The position numbers and the translations under genes were made by a program. The notes beneath the pieces are model-generated. The model was not told the DNA's origin. It searched no databases and saw nothing but the letters and a program-made list of their open reading frames with translations. This document shows, piece after piece, positions 52,724-64,000 of a stretch of 64,000 bases of DNA (positions within the stretch are counted from its first letter, which is position 1; each line of letters starts with the position of its first letter). This stretch comes from the human T2T-CHM13v2.0 reference genome, Homo sapiens, in the NCBI RefSeq assembly GCF_009914755.1, contig NC_060947.1; one strand, 5' to 3'.

Positions 52724-53393
52724 TATTAGGACCCAGAAAACAATATCCCAAATAAAGGCCTCAGAAGCAGCCTCAGAAATAAGTTTCTTTGTGACCTTCT
52801 GCCTTCCTGTTTCTGGCCTCTGATTTTCCCTTAATGCTATGTACAGAAACCAGAATCCGTCCTCCCTAAGGTAGATCATAGAAACCAGGACTCCTTTCCC
52901 ACTAAGCTAGCCACAAAACCTAAAAATATTACTCTAACTTTCCTGAATCTTTCCATGGAAAAACTGACCATACAGAAATTTTCTGACCTACCTTGTTTGA
53001 TTGTAGGTTGTAAGACTCCCATTCCATAGAGGGTCCTGCCCCATATCCAGAAGGAAGGAGTGCATGCTCAGAGAGGACGACAACAACAAGAATCCAGACA
53101 GACAAGTACTGCTGAGTTTCCCTGCTCAGTCTATTGACATTAGATTATCCCCTTTTTGTCCAGTCATATTTCTATGTGGCTTTCCATACTTTGTTGACCG
53201 TAAGTGCAAAAATAGAAAGTTTTCCCTATATCTTTGGATCTTCATTCTTCATTCTTCATTCTGAAGGCTCGTATATCATGTAAAAATATGGTCAAATAAA
53301 TTTGTATGCCTTTTCATCTATTAATCTGCCTTTCGTCAGTGATTTTCAGTGAACTTTCAGAGGGGGAAGGCAAAGTTTTGCTTGACACCAACA
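52724..53393 (+). mobile_element. MER39-type ERV1 solo LTR
   Basis: cagaaaacaatatcccaaataaaggcctcagaagca start; gtcagtgattttcagtgaactttcagaggggg..caaca end; TSD cagt/tagt. Confidence 0.75.
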
Positions 53394-54051
53394 TAGTAAA
53401 GTCAAACTTTCAAATGTAATGAAACAACTGTCTTTTGGGAAAGCATGCTACAATATCCATTTTACATAATTTAGGCTTTATATTTATTCTCTATAGATTT
53501 TTTTTCTTTCTTTCCAGGTAGTAAAACCAAGGCTCTTGCAATTAGTTGCCACATTTTTTACTTAGTCTAAATTAGTAAAAATAAATACTTCATTCAGAAA
53601 ACCAATAAAATGTGCTTTACATAACAGCTGCTTGTTTGTATTTTAGATTCTGGAACCATTTAAACTCTCTAAGTAGCTTTGTATTTGGTCAAGCATTTCC
53701 CCTCTATTTTTAAGTGTTTGATAAAGTTAGGCAGGTTTAAAAGTAAGGTGATATGTTGGCAATTCTAGGAGCGTAAATTCAACTTACTAAGTAGCAATGC
53801 AATGTCTAAGGCCAGACTTTAAAAAGAAGAAAATCAATGAGTAATGGTTAATTAAACAGAGTGCATACCTCTTCAATTAGTTTAACCAAATCCCCTGAGG
53901 TTCAGACTGGTAGTTTTTGCCAACTGGCATTCTGTTTGTACAGACATTATGTTAATGAAGAAAATGGTTTCTTATTTCTTGTTCAAAGTGGGTAAATGTT
54001 GATAAAAAGTAAAAAAAAAAAAAAAAAAAAAGTAAAAAGCCAATGTATGAG

Positions 54052-54465
54052 TTTTATGCACGTCCGTGTGAAGAGACCACTGAACAGGCTTTGTGTGAGC
54101 AACAAGGCTGTTTATTTCACCTGGGTGCAGGCAGGCTGAGTCTGAAAAGAGAGTCAGTGAAGGGAGATAGGGGTGGGGCTGTTTTATAGGATTTGGGTAG
54201 GTAAAGGAAAATTACAGTCAAAGTGGGGTTGTTCTCTGGCGGGCAGAGTGGGGGGTCACAGGGTGCTCAGTAGGGGAGCTTTTGAGCCAGGATGAGCCAG
54301 GAGAAGGAATTTCACAAGATAATGTCATCAGTTAAGGCAGGAACAGGCCATTTTCACTTCTTTTGTGGTGGAAAGTCATCAGTTAAGGCAGGAACTGGCC
54401 ATCTGGATGTGTACGTGCAGGTCACAGGGGATATGACGGCTTAGCTTGGGCTCAGAGGCCTGACA
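54052..54465 (-). mobile_element. LTR7 (3' LTR)
   Basis: Reverse strand begins tgtcaggcctctgagcccaagctaagcc; preceded by purine tract aagaagacaggaa. Confidence 0.95.
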
Positions 54466-55443
54466 TTCCTGTCTTCTTATATTAATGAGAAAAATACAAC
54501 GAAATAGTGGTAAAGGGTTGGGGTGGTGAAGATTTTGGGGGTGGTATGGAGAGATAATGGGCGATGTTTCTCAGGGCTGCTTCGAGTGGGATTAGGGGCG
54601 GCGTGGGAACCTAGAGTGGGAGAGATTCAGCTGAAGGAAGATTTTGTGGTAAGGGGTGATATTGTGGGGTTGTTAGAAGAAACATTTGTTGTGTAGAATT
54701 ATTGGTGATGGCCTGGATACGGTTTTGCATGAATTGAAAAACTAAATGGAATAAGAGAAGGAGAAAAACAGGTATTAAAGGACTAAGAATTGGGAGGACC
54801 TAGGACATCTCATTAGAGAGTGTCCAAGGAGGTTCAGCATAGTCCTGCCAGCAAAGATTATTTATTTACTTTAAGAGGGAGTTAAGAGTGGCGGTTTGGG
54901 GATAGCACCAGGAGCTATCAGCTGTGATGTCTTGGAGAAACAGTGTAAACCAGCAGTGTAAACAAGAGCAGGGCATGTATGAGTAGTTGAGAATGGTGAA
55001 TAGGAGTATGACTAGACAGAAGATAGTAGGGATGACAAGTTTTTTTGGGGCACAGTCCAAGTTGGTCTGGTGTCTGGAATGAGACTGGGGCCTAATAAAA
55101 AGGAGCGTCTATACAGGAGCTTAAATGGGCTGTACCTTGTAGCATTCCGAGGACAGGCCTGAATTCTGAGAAGGGAAAGAGGTAAAAGTATTGTCTAGTC
55201 TTTTTAAGTTGGTGGCTGAGCTGGGTGAGGTGTGTTTTTAAAAGACTTTTAGTCCTTTCTGCCTTTCCTGAAGACTGAGGACCGTAAGGGGTATAAAGGT
55301 TTCACTGAATACTAAGAGCCTGAAAAACTGCTTGGCTGATTTGACTAATAAAGGCTGGTCTGCTATCGGACTGTTTACAGGTGGAAAGGCCAAACCGAGG
55401 AATTATGTCTGACAGAAGGGAAGAAATGACCGTGGTGGCCTTC

Positions 55444-57062
55444 TCAGACCCTGTGGGAAAGGCCTATACCCATCCAGTGAAAGTGTCTACCTAGACCAAG
55501 AGGTATTTTAGTTTCCTGACTCGGGGCATGTTGAGTAAAGTCAATTTGCCAGTCCTGGGCGGGGGCAAATCCCTGAGCTTGATGTGTAGGGAAGGGAGGG
55601 GGCCTGAATAATCCCTGAGTAGTAGAGAAGTAGTAGAATAGCAGATGGAACACTGAGAAGTTATTTCTTTGAGGATAGATTTCCACGATGGAAAGGAAAT
55701 GAGAGGTTCTAAGAGGCGGGCTAGTGGCTTGTACTATAGCTGTGCTTTTGCTGGTGTGTGGCGATTAGGCCTGATGGAACTGCCATCAATAAACTAAGTG
55801 TGATCAGGGTGAGGAACAGGAAAGAAAGAAATACGGGGAAATGGGGTGAATGTCAGGTGGATCAGAGAGGTACAGTCATGGGGATCAGGTGTGTTATCAG
55901 GAATAACGTGGGAGGCCGGATTGAAGTCCGGGCCAGGAACAATGGTAATTGTGGGAGACTCAACAAAGAGGGAGTACAGCTGAAGGAGCCGGGTAGCAGA
56001 AAGTATATGTGTCAGGTGTGAGGAAGAAAAGAGATTTTGGAAGTTATGAGAACTGTGGAGAGTGAGTTGAGCAGAGTTTGTGATTTTAAGGGCTTCTAAA
56101 AGTATTAGGGCAGCGGCGGCCACCACACACAGACTTGAGGGCTAGGCAAAACAGTCAGGTCAAGTTGTTGGATAAGAAGGCTACAGGGCATGGTCTTGGT
56201 TCTTGTGTAAGAATTTTGATAGCACAGCCCTGCACTTCGGCTGTGGGTAATGAAAAGCGTTGGGATGAGTCAGGGAGAGCTAGGGTGGGGGCAGTTTCTA
56301 AAGCTGTCTTCAAGGAATGGAAAGAGGAGTGGGGAAAGGATTTAGGATCTATGGGGTCAGCTGGATTTCCTTTTGTGAGTTTATATAATGTTTTTGTTAG
56401 GATGGCAAAACCAGGTATCTAAAGTTGAAAGTATCTAACCATGACTAGGAAGGAAAAGAGTTGTTGTTTTGTAGAAGGTGTTGGGGTTTGAGAGATCAGC
56501 TGGACACGATTGGCAGGGAGAGTACGTGTGTTTTTATGAGAATTACGCCGAGATAGTTAACAGATGAGGAAGAAATTTGGGCTTGACTGAAGTAATGGAG
56601 GCTGTCTGTGAAGCCTTGCGGTAGTATAGCCCAGGTAATTTGCTGAGCCTGATGGGTGTCAGGGTCAGTCCAAGTGAAAGCGAAGAGAGGCTGGGATGAA
56701 GGGTGCAAAGGAATAGTAAAGTAAGCACGTTTGAGATCCAGAACAGAATAATGGGTTGTGGAGGGAGGTATTGAGGATAGGAGAGTATATGGGTTTGGCA
56801 CCATGGAGTGGATAGGCAAAACAATTTGGTTGATAAGGCGCAGATCCTGAACTAACCTGTAAGGCTTGTCTGGTTCTAGGACAGGTAAAATGGGGGAATT
56901 GTAAGGAGAGTTTCTAGGCTTTAAAAGGCCATGCTGTAGCAGGCCAGTGCTAATAGACTTTAATCCTTTTAAAGCATGCTGTGGGATGGGATATTGGCAT
57001 TGAGCAGGGTAAGGGTGATTAGGTTTTAATGAGATGGTAAGGGGTGCATGATCGGTCACCAA
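55444..57062 (-). pseudogene. HERV-H pol relic (RT N-half, RNase H-region and integrase fragments)
   Basis: YNSPILPV..YRLVQDLRLIN..LPQGFTDS RT motifs with the YxDD region absent; QDWQIDFT integrase motif; frameshifted. Confidence 0.9.
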
Positions 57063-57080
57063 GGAAGGAGTAGAGGTATC

Positions 57081-57440
57081 CTATACTTGTGGGCTAAGGT
57101 GGGGAGATACAAGGGGAGGATGTGAAGGAGGCTTTGAACTAGGGGAAAAGGCGGCAATGAGGTGTGGCTGTAGCCTAGGAATAGTCAGGGAAGCAGATAA
57201 TTTAGTTAAAGTATCTCGGCCTAATAAGGGAACTGGGCAGGTGGGGATAACTAAAAAAGAGTGCTTAAAAGAGTATTGTCTAAGTTGGCACCAGAGTTGG
57301 GGAGTTTTAAGAGGTTTAGAAGCCTGGCCGTCAATACCTGCAACAGTTATGGAGGCAAGGGAAACAGGCTCTTGAAAAGAAGGTAATGTGGAGTGGGAAG
57401 CCTCCGTATTGATTAAGAAGGGGAAGGACTTACCCTCCAC
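57081..57440 (-). pseudogene. HERV-H protease relic
   Basis: FLINTEASHSTL (NTE in place of catalytic DTG); PVPLLGRD motif. Confidence 0.85.
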
Positions 57441-57463
57441 TGTGAGAGTTACCTAGAGCATTT

Positions 57464-58900
57464 GTGATGGTCCTGCAGGCTTCCGAGGCGATCGGGCAGT
57501 GTCACTCTTCAGCTGCTAAGCCAAGAAGATCTGGGAAGGAGTCAGAGAGCCTTGGGCCAGAGTTCCAGGGGCTCTGGGAGTGGCTGCCGGGCGAGTTGGA
57601 CAGTTCGATTTCCAGTGGGGTCCCACACAGATGGGACACGGCTTAGGAGGAATCCTGGGCTGAGGGCATTCCTTGGCCTGGTGGCCAGATTTCTGGCACT
57701 TGTAGCAAGCTCCTGGAGGAGGCGGGCCTGGAAGAACACCTGGCCACTGCGGTTTAGGCATTTGGAAGTTCTTGTGTGCTGGAGATGTGGCTGGGGTTTG
57801 TCTCACAGTGGAGGCAAGGAATTGCAACTCAGAAATATGTTGCTACTTGGCTGCCTCTACTCTATTATTGTACACCTTGAAGGCGAGGTTAATTAAGTCC
57901 TGTTGGGTTTGAGGGCCGGAATTTAATTTTTGGAGTTTTATTTAATGTTAAGAGCAGATTGGGTAATAAAATGTATATTGAGAATAAGACGGCCTTTTGA
58001 CTTTTTAGGGTCTAGGGCTGTAAAGCATCTCAGGGTTGCTGCCAAACGAGCCATGAACTGGGCTGGATTTTTTATATTTGATGATAAGAGCCTAAACACT
58101 AACTGATTTGGCAGAGGTCGGATAAAGAAAAAGGAGCATTAACCTTGACTATGCCTTTAGCTCCAGCCACCTTTTTAAGAGGAAACGGCTGGGCAGGTGG
58201 GGGAGGGCTAGTCACGGAACAAAACTGTAAGCAGGACCCGGTGTGAGGAGATGAGGTGATAAAAGGATTATAGGGTGGGGGAGTGGAGGCTGCTAGGCCT
58301 GGCGAGGAGGGGAGAGGTCAGATGGGTCTGTAGAAAAGGAAGATTAGAAAGACTCAGCGACGCTTGGGGTTGGGACTGAGGGGACAGGAGAGAGGGAAGG
58401 AAGATTTGGGACGAGTTGCATTGGGAACAGAGACTAGGGAGGGACTGATGTGTAAAACAATGCCTGGACGTCAGGCACCTCAGACCGTTTGCCTATTTTA
58501 CGACAAGAATTATTTAGATATTGTAGGGTAGAAAAATCGAAAGTGCTGTTTTCTGGCTATTTGGAACCACTGTCGAGTTTGTACTGGGGTCAAGCGGCAT
58601 TGTAGAAGAAAATAAGGTGTTTAAGTTTTAGGTCAGGTGTGAGTTGAAGAGGTTTTAAGTTCTTGAGAACACAGGCTAAGGGAGAAGGAGGAATGGAGGG
58701 TGGAAGTTTGCCTATAGTGATGGAGGCAAGTTTAAAGAGAAGGGTAGAGACACGGAGAAGGGGGTGGGGAGCAGCCAAAGCAGGCATCCTTGCAATTGAC
58801 TTGCCACCAATGGAACCTGGGCGAATAATCAGAGAGGTGTCCCTGCAATGATTATACACCAAGGGAAGGCTGCCTTCCCGAGTCTGTGACCAGCGCCGGA
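57464..58900 (-). pseudogene. HERV-H gag relic
   Basis: Zinc knuckles CYKCQKSGHQAKEC and CPICVGPHWKSNC; N-terminal PPSPLACVLKNL; broken frames. Confidence 0.85.
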
Positions 58901-59204
58901 GTTTTGGGTCCACGGATAAAATATGTCTCCTTTGTCTCTACCAGAAAATGAAAGGAATTGAAATTAAGAGAATGGAGAGATTGAAGTGTGGCGCCAAGAT
59001 TGAAAGGAGAAAGAGGTTGAGGGATAGTGAGGAGAGGTTGAGGGATAGTGGAGAAGAGAATAAAAAGAGGCCACTTACGGGATTTAAAATTGGTGAGATG
59101 TTCCTTGGGCTGGTCGGTCTGAGGACCTGAGGTCATAGGTGGATCTTTCTCACGGAGCAAAGAGCAGGAGGACAGGGGATTGATCTCCCAAGGGAGGTCC
59201 CCTG

Positions 59205-59222
59205 ATCCGAGTCACGGCACCA
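59205..59222 (-). promoter_or_regulatory. Primer-binding site for tRNA-His
   Basis: Reverse strand tggtgccgtgactcggat immediately after the 5' LTR. Confidence 0.92.
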
Positions 59223-59224
59223 AA

Positions 59225-59639
59225 TTTCATGCACATCCATGTGAAGAGACCACCAATCAGGCTTTGTGTGAGTAACATGGCTGTTTATTTCACCTGGGTG
59301 CAGGCGGGCTGAGTCCGAAAAGAGAAGTCAGTGAAGGGAGATGGGGTGTGGCCGTTTTATAGGATTTGGGTAGGTAAAGGAAAATTACAGTCAAAGGGGG
59401 GTTGTTCTCTGGCGGGCAGGAGGTGGGGGGTCACAGGGTGCTCAGTGGGGGAGCTTTTGAGCCAGGATGAGCCAGGAGAAAGAATTTCACAAGATAATGT
59501 CATCAGTTAAGGCAGGAACAGGCCATTTTCACTTCTTTTGTGGTGGAATGTCATCAGTTAAGGCAAGAACTGGCCATCTGGATGTGTACGTGCAGGTCAC
59601 GGGGATATGATGGCTTAGCTTGGGCTCAGAGGCCTGACA
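59225..59639 (-). promoter_or_regulatory. LTR7 (5' LTR, proviral promoter)
   Basis: LTR7 sequence with TATA (cctataaaac on the reverse strand) and aataaa, adjacent to the PBS; activity not shown. Confidence 0.9.
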
Positions 59640-59742
59640 ATGAGTGTCTTAATATCTATTTGTTAAGGCTTTGCCTCCTTCACAAAGAGTTTGAGGTAAT
59701 ATATTCACTAGCCACTTGTGATCACAAGTAGAAAAAACTCAC

Positions 59743-61032
59743 TGTGGTAAATACACCCAAAGGTGACCCCGAATGAATCACACTCTTGTACAGTCCTCTC
59801 CACTTAAGTCTAAACAGGACCTGTGACTTGCTACTGTTACTGACCCAAATCCACATCTGCTCAGTCAGCTCAGTAAAACCAAACAACTACGCTGAGGTTT
59901 TGCAGTGGGAGAAAGAAGGGCCTTAATTTGCAGGGTGCCAAGCAATGACAAACAGGCAGCTCGTGCTTAAGACGTGACCTCCTTGATGGCTTATAAGCAG
60001 GAATTTTTAAAGGCAGCAGTAAGTTTCAGGAAAGCAGAAGTTACAGGCTTTGTAAATAAATACATGGTGTTATACATTGGTTTGGCCTAAAAAAGCAGGG
60101 CACCTTGAAGGGGAAATGGTGGTTTACAGGTTATAGGTAGATTCAAAGACTCTGATTTGCGATTAGTAAAGGAAAGTTTGTCTAAAAACTTGAGGTCAGC
60201 AGAAAGGAATGTTAAGGTATGGCCTGTGGGGACATTATTTACTTCAGGCCCTTCAGGAATAATTTAGAACAATATTCTTTGTTTTCCTCTGATCTGAGGT
60301 CTGTATGCAAGCAAATCCATTTGGTTGGGATCTGGGTTTCTGAAAAACAACTCAGGGACATATGTTAAGATGCTACCTTTAGTTTCTATAGGAAATAAAA
60401 CATCTTGTGACTTTAACTTTTTGGCTATTGTTTTAAGCTATTTTTTCCTTCTTTCTTATCAAGTCGCTCATTGATTTCTCAGGGCTAGCTAGGTACCTGG
60501 AATTTCCTTTGGAGGAATTTAAGATGGGGCCTAGGCAAGCAGGACCATAATAAAGATCCCTGCTTCATCTCATAACTAGTGTAATAGGGTGAAGAGTATG
60601 AAATGTCACTCTTATTATAAGCCTCCATCTTGGCAGGCTGGAGGAAGAAATTCTCCTCTGGTTCTTCAAAAATCCAGCATTACTGTCGTAAGTTGTCAAA
60701 GGAGAAGGCCGCACGGCAAGGAATTGTGGGGTCTCTAGGAATTGAATATGGGTCCTGCCTTAGCCAGAAAGACACCAGAGATGTGAATTCTACAACTGCA
60801 AAGAACTCAATTGTTCCAACAAGATGATTCAACTTTGAATAGGACTCTAAGACCCAGAATAGAACGCAGCCTGGCCAACAGGTTGATTGCAGTTGTTTGA
60901 GACCCTGAGAAAAAGATGTAGCTAAGCTCTACTCAAACTTCTAACTCACAGAAACTATAAAATCATAAATGTGTATAATTTTAAGCTGGTAAGTGTGTGG
61001 TCACGTGTTGTACAGAAATAGAAAACTAATGT
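59743..61032 (+). mobile_element. MLT1 (E/F-like) MaLR LTR split by an ERV1 LTR
   Basis: tgtggta..ggacctgtgacttgct then aatgtcactc..gagaccctgag..ttctaactcacagaaacta..atagaaaactaat. Confidence 0.7.
59835..60572 (-). mobile_element. MER67-like ERV1 solo LTR
   Basis: tgttact..catctca termini; ctcagggctagctaggtacctggaatttcc and aacaactcagggacatatgttaagatg motifs. Confidence 0.65.
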
Positions 61033-61347
61033 ATGAATTTACTGCAATAATATGGTAGTACATGCTGGATGAGAACATGAATTCAAAGCTGGCAAGGACT
61101 GAAGTTTCTCTAGAACTCATAACTGTCACTCATGGGTTCCTTGCTTTTCTCCAGGCTTATCCTCTGTTATACTACGTATTGTGTAGCTTCAGTAATAATT
61201 TTGACTTGCAACACATTTCTGACCTACACAGTCATAGCTTAAAGCATCATGTGCTTTAAACTATGGCTTTCATAAGTAATTGCTTCAATTATCACTTCTA
61301 TTTTTTTCTTTTAAAAATAGGAAGTCAGTGTATAAAGAGTCCTTCTG

Positions 61348-61412
61348 TGGTGTGTGTGTGTGTATGTATATATATGTATATGTGTCTATCTATCTATCTA
61401 CCTATCTATATA
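61348..61412. repeat. Compound (TG)n/(TA)n/(TCTA)n microsatellite
   Basis: Read directly. Confidence 0.85.
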
Positions 61413-61827
61413 AATAAAATCAGCTGTGGTCAAAACATGGTGGAGTGACTGGGTAAAAATCACATTCACCAAAGGCTTGTCTTGAAGGCTTATGTACTGG
61501 ATAGTTTATTTTGGAAAAAAATTGTGGGCAGACCAGCAGTAAATTTGAAAGCTTTAGTATATATGATTGAAACTGTCATAAAATATTGAAGGATAATGAA
61601 TGATTTCTAGTTGACAGACTGAGCTAATATGTTTACACTATATTTTATGTAATAAAGTATAAGAAACAATAGTATTAAAGTAATAACTTTATACAACAGT
61701 GCTGGAAGGCAAGAGTGTCATGGAGAGACCCAATATTTGAAGTAATTAAAAAATATCAGGAGAGAAAGAAGACAAATAGAATTAAACATACAGAGAACTA
61801 ATTTGGGAGAAAATTTAGGCTGAAAAC

Positions 61828-62288
61828 TGTCAGGCCTCTGAGCCCAAGCTAAGCCATCATATCCCCTGTGACCTCCATGTATACATCCAGATGGCCTGAA
61901 GCGACTGAAGATCCACAAAAGAAGTGAAAATAGCCTTAACTGATGACATTCCACCGTTGTGATTTGTTTCTGCCTCACCCTAACTGATCAATGTACTTTG
62001 GTATCTCCCCCACCCTTAAGAAGGTTCTTTGTAATCCCCCCCACCCTTGAGAAGGTTCTTTGTAATTCTCCTCACCCTTGAGAATGCACTTTGTGAGATC
62101 CATCCCCTACCCACAAAACATTGCTCCTAACTTCGCCGCCTGTCCCAAAACCTGTAAGAACTAGTGATAATCCCACCACGCTTGCTGACTCTTTTCGGAC
62201 TCAGCCCACCTGCACCCAGGTGAAATAAACAGCCTTGTTGCTAACACAAAGCCTGTTTGATGGTCTCTTCACACGGGCGCGTGAGACA
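61828..62288 (+). mobile_element. Solo HERV-H LTR, type II (LTR7B-like)
   Basis: tgtcaggcctctgagcccaagctaagcc start; three cacccttRagaa type-II repeats; gtgagaca end; TSD aaaac/aaaaa. Confidence 0.9.
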
Positions 62289-62332
62289 AAAAATATTTGC
62301 AGTAAAGGACTATTATGCAAATATTTGCTGAT

Positions 62333-62722
62333 TGCTATATTTTAATTTGTTTGGCCCCATCCAAATCTCATTTTGAAATTTGATCCTCAATGTCGGAGGT
62401 AGGGCCTAATGGGAGGTGTTTTGGTCAACGGGGGCAAATGCTTCATGAATCTCTTGGTGCTGTCCTCACAGTAATGCTGGGGGGTGGTTGTTACAAAGAG
62501 CCTGGCACTTCCCTTTTTTGTCTCTCTCTTCCTGTCTGCCATATGCTCCCCATACACACCTGCTCCCCTTTGCCTTCTACCATGAGTGGAAGCAGCCTAA
62601 GGCTCTCACCAGATGTGGGTACTGGTTGGTCATGCTTCTTGTATAGCCCAGAAAACTAAACTCTTTAAATAGATTACCCAGCCTCCAGTATTTCTTCATA
62701 ATAATGTAAATGGACTAAGACA
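62333..62722 (+). mobile_element. MSTB-type solo LTR
   Basis: tgctata..ccaaatctcattttgaaatttgatcc start; ggactaagaca end; exact 5-bp TSD ctgat. Confidence 0.85.
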
Positions 62723-62874
62723 CTGATTCAGAGGTATCAGCTTAAATTCAAGGGCTATATGAGACACTGTCTTATGCCCTAAGCCATAATCTGGGTATTT
62801 AGCAGATGACCTGTGTTTAGACAGCTTAGCTACTTGTGGATGCTGCCCTTTTCTCCTCATGCTCTGCAGTGAAC

Positions 62875-63830
62875 AAGAATTGTGTTTCTCTTCTCCTTTG
62901 AATTGTCTTTTCATGTCCTTTTCCCCTTTTCTCTATTGGGTTGCTTCTCTGTATTTATTGAGTTACAATTATTCTTTATATATTAATCAGTAAGGTTTTA
63001 TCATATATGTTTTAAACCTTTTTCAAGTTTACTATTTAACTGATTTTACATAATGTTTTGAACCAATAGCATTAATAACAGTTAATACTTCTTAGAGTAA
63101 GTAGAATAACTAAAATATATACTTTGATATTTTGCTATGTAGCTTAACTTATCAATCTTTTTGTTTGTGGCTTCTGTTTTTGTTTGTATGTTACAAAGTG
63201 TTTTCTCAGCTTGAGATTATATACATATTAACCTAGTTTTTAAAAATTTAGGTCTTTTATGGCTTGCCTGTTACATATATTTTTAATGAATCTAGACTTT
63301 GGGTGCGTAGTATATTTATCAAATTTGTATTATATAAATAACATATATACATATATGTATATATACACACACACACAAAATGCATTTTTAAAATAGTTGA
63401 CTAATTGGCTCCATAACATGTTAAATACACCATCTTCTTCTTGTGATTTTAAACCATTTTTAGTACATATTTAATTTCTTTTTATTATATACTTAATTAT
63501 TATATAAACTAAGATTTTTGGTGGACCTCCTATTGTCCTTTTCATTTCTATATTGCTTTATGATTTAATAGAATATTTAAATAATGGATACTACATGTTT
63601 CCGTTTGTTAGTATTTGTATTTTATTCTATTTGAATTATACAAACCTTACATTAAATTTTTAAGCCACTTTTTAATGAACTAATTGAGATATTGATTGTA
63701 TAGTATTATATTTAATATTGATTTGGACAAATTTGCTCTGAGAAAATTTCAATGGTTTGGGCATCTACTTAAATATTCACATAATTTTGTTCCTTTGTCT
63801 TTTTAGTAAGTTCGTTTATATTAAAATTTT
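62875..63830 (-). mobile_element. old L1M ORF2 fragment
   Basis: tgaattgtcttttcatgtccttttcccc..ctattgggttg..ttctttatatatt degenerate L1 on the reverse strand. Confidence 0.6.
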
Positions 63831-63841
63831 CTTAATTTTAG

Positions 63842-64000
63842 AACAAGATGGCAGACGAGGAAGTCTCTAGTTCTGGTCCCTTTTACAGAAAAAACAATGA
63901 GCAATTATCTACAGACAAAAATACCTTTGTGAATATCCCAGCACCCAAGGGTGAGGGAAACCACTCCTTCAAAACACAGAAACTAACAAAAACATCATTC
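63842..64000 (+). mobile_element. Probable 5' end of an old L1M, runs off the window
   Basis: caagatggcaga YY1-type start; caattatctacagacaaaaatacctttgtga. Confidence 0.55.

Larger units (their letters stand above)
54052..59639 (-). mobile_element. HERV-H provirus, 5.6-kb internally deleted form with two LTR7s
   Basis: Two ~415-bp LTR7 copies, exact 5-bp TSD atgag, tRNA-His PBS, purine tract, gag/pro/pol relic ORFs. Confidence 0.97.

Noticed and set aside
53495-53525. Polypyrimidine tract plus CAG as a splice acceptor (similar isolated sites near 14895 and 15587)
   Set aside because: No paired site or open frame defining an exon; such motifs are frequent by chance
54003-54040. Orphan A21 run near the HERV-H end as a poly(A)-only retro-insertion
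   Set aside because: The flanking similarity is too short and A-rich to distinguish from simple slippage
56496-57062. 188-aa RT-like ORF as a functional enzyme
   Set aside because: HERV-H pol relic lacking the catalytic YxDD region
59012-59050. 21-bp-period tandem repeat in the HERV-H leader
   Set aside because: Small slippage expansion of a partly repeated motif; no evident significance
62000-62090. Three ~29-bp repeats resembling a CRISPR-like array
   Set aside because: Tandem type-II repeats intrinsic to LTR7B; no unique spacers; eukaryotic context

Overview
This is primate, most likely human, genomic DNA: AT-rich, with no recognisable host protein-coding exon, and made mostly of transposable-element relics. 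The main elements are a full-length minus-strand L1PA2/3 (ORF1 and ORF2 disabled, antisense ORF0 open), a 5'-truncated L1PA8, two old near-full-length L1M/L1MA elements, a complete MST (ERVL-MaLR) element, a MER4-type ERV remnant and a two-LTR HERV-H provirus with tRNA-His PBS and 5-bp TSD. There are also a solo LTR7B-type LTR, several other solo LTRs, about 11 Alus, MIR/L2/hAT/Tigger fragments and a retroposed 5S rRNA pseudogene. The long ORFs in the track derive from these repeats. I found no evidence of a new gene system. The most unusual features seen directly in the sequence are a 144-bp direct duplication flanking the L1PA8 (an apparent giant target-site duplication), a younger 101-bp inverted self-copy inside that same L1, non-consensus variants shared by two inverted young L1s, and a back-to-back HERV-H LTR7 / LTR7B pair. 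Subfamily names come from recalled consensus sequences, not from a database search.
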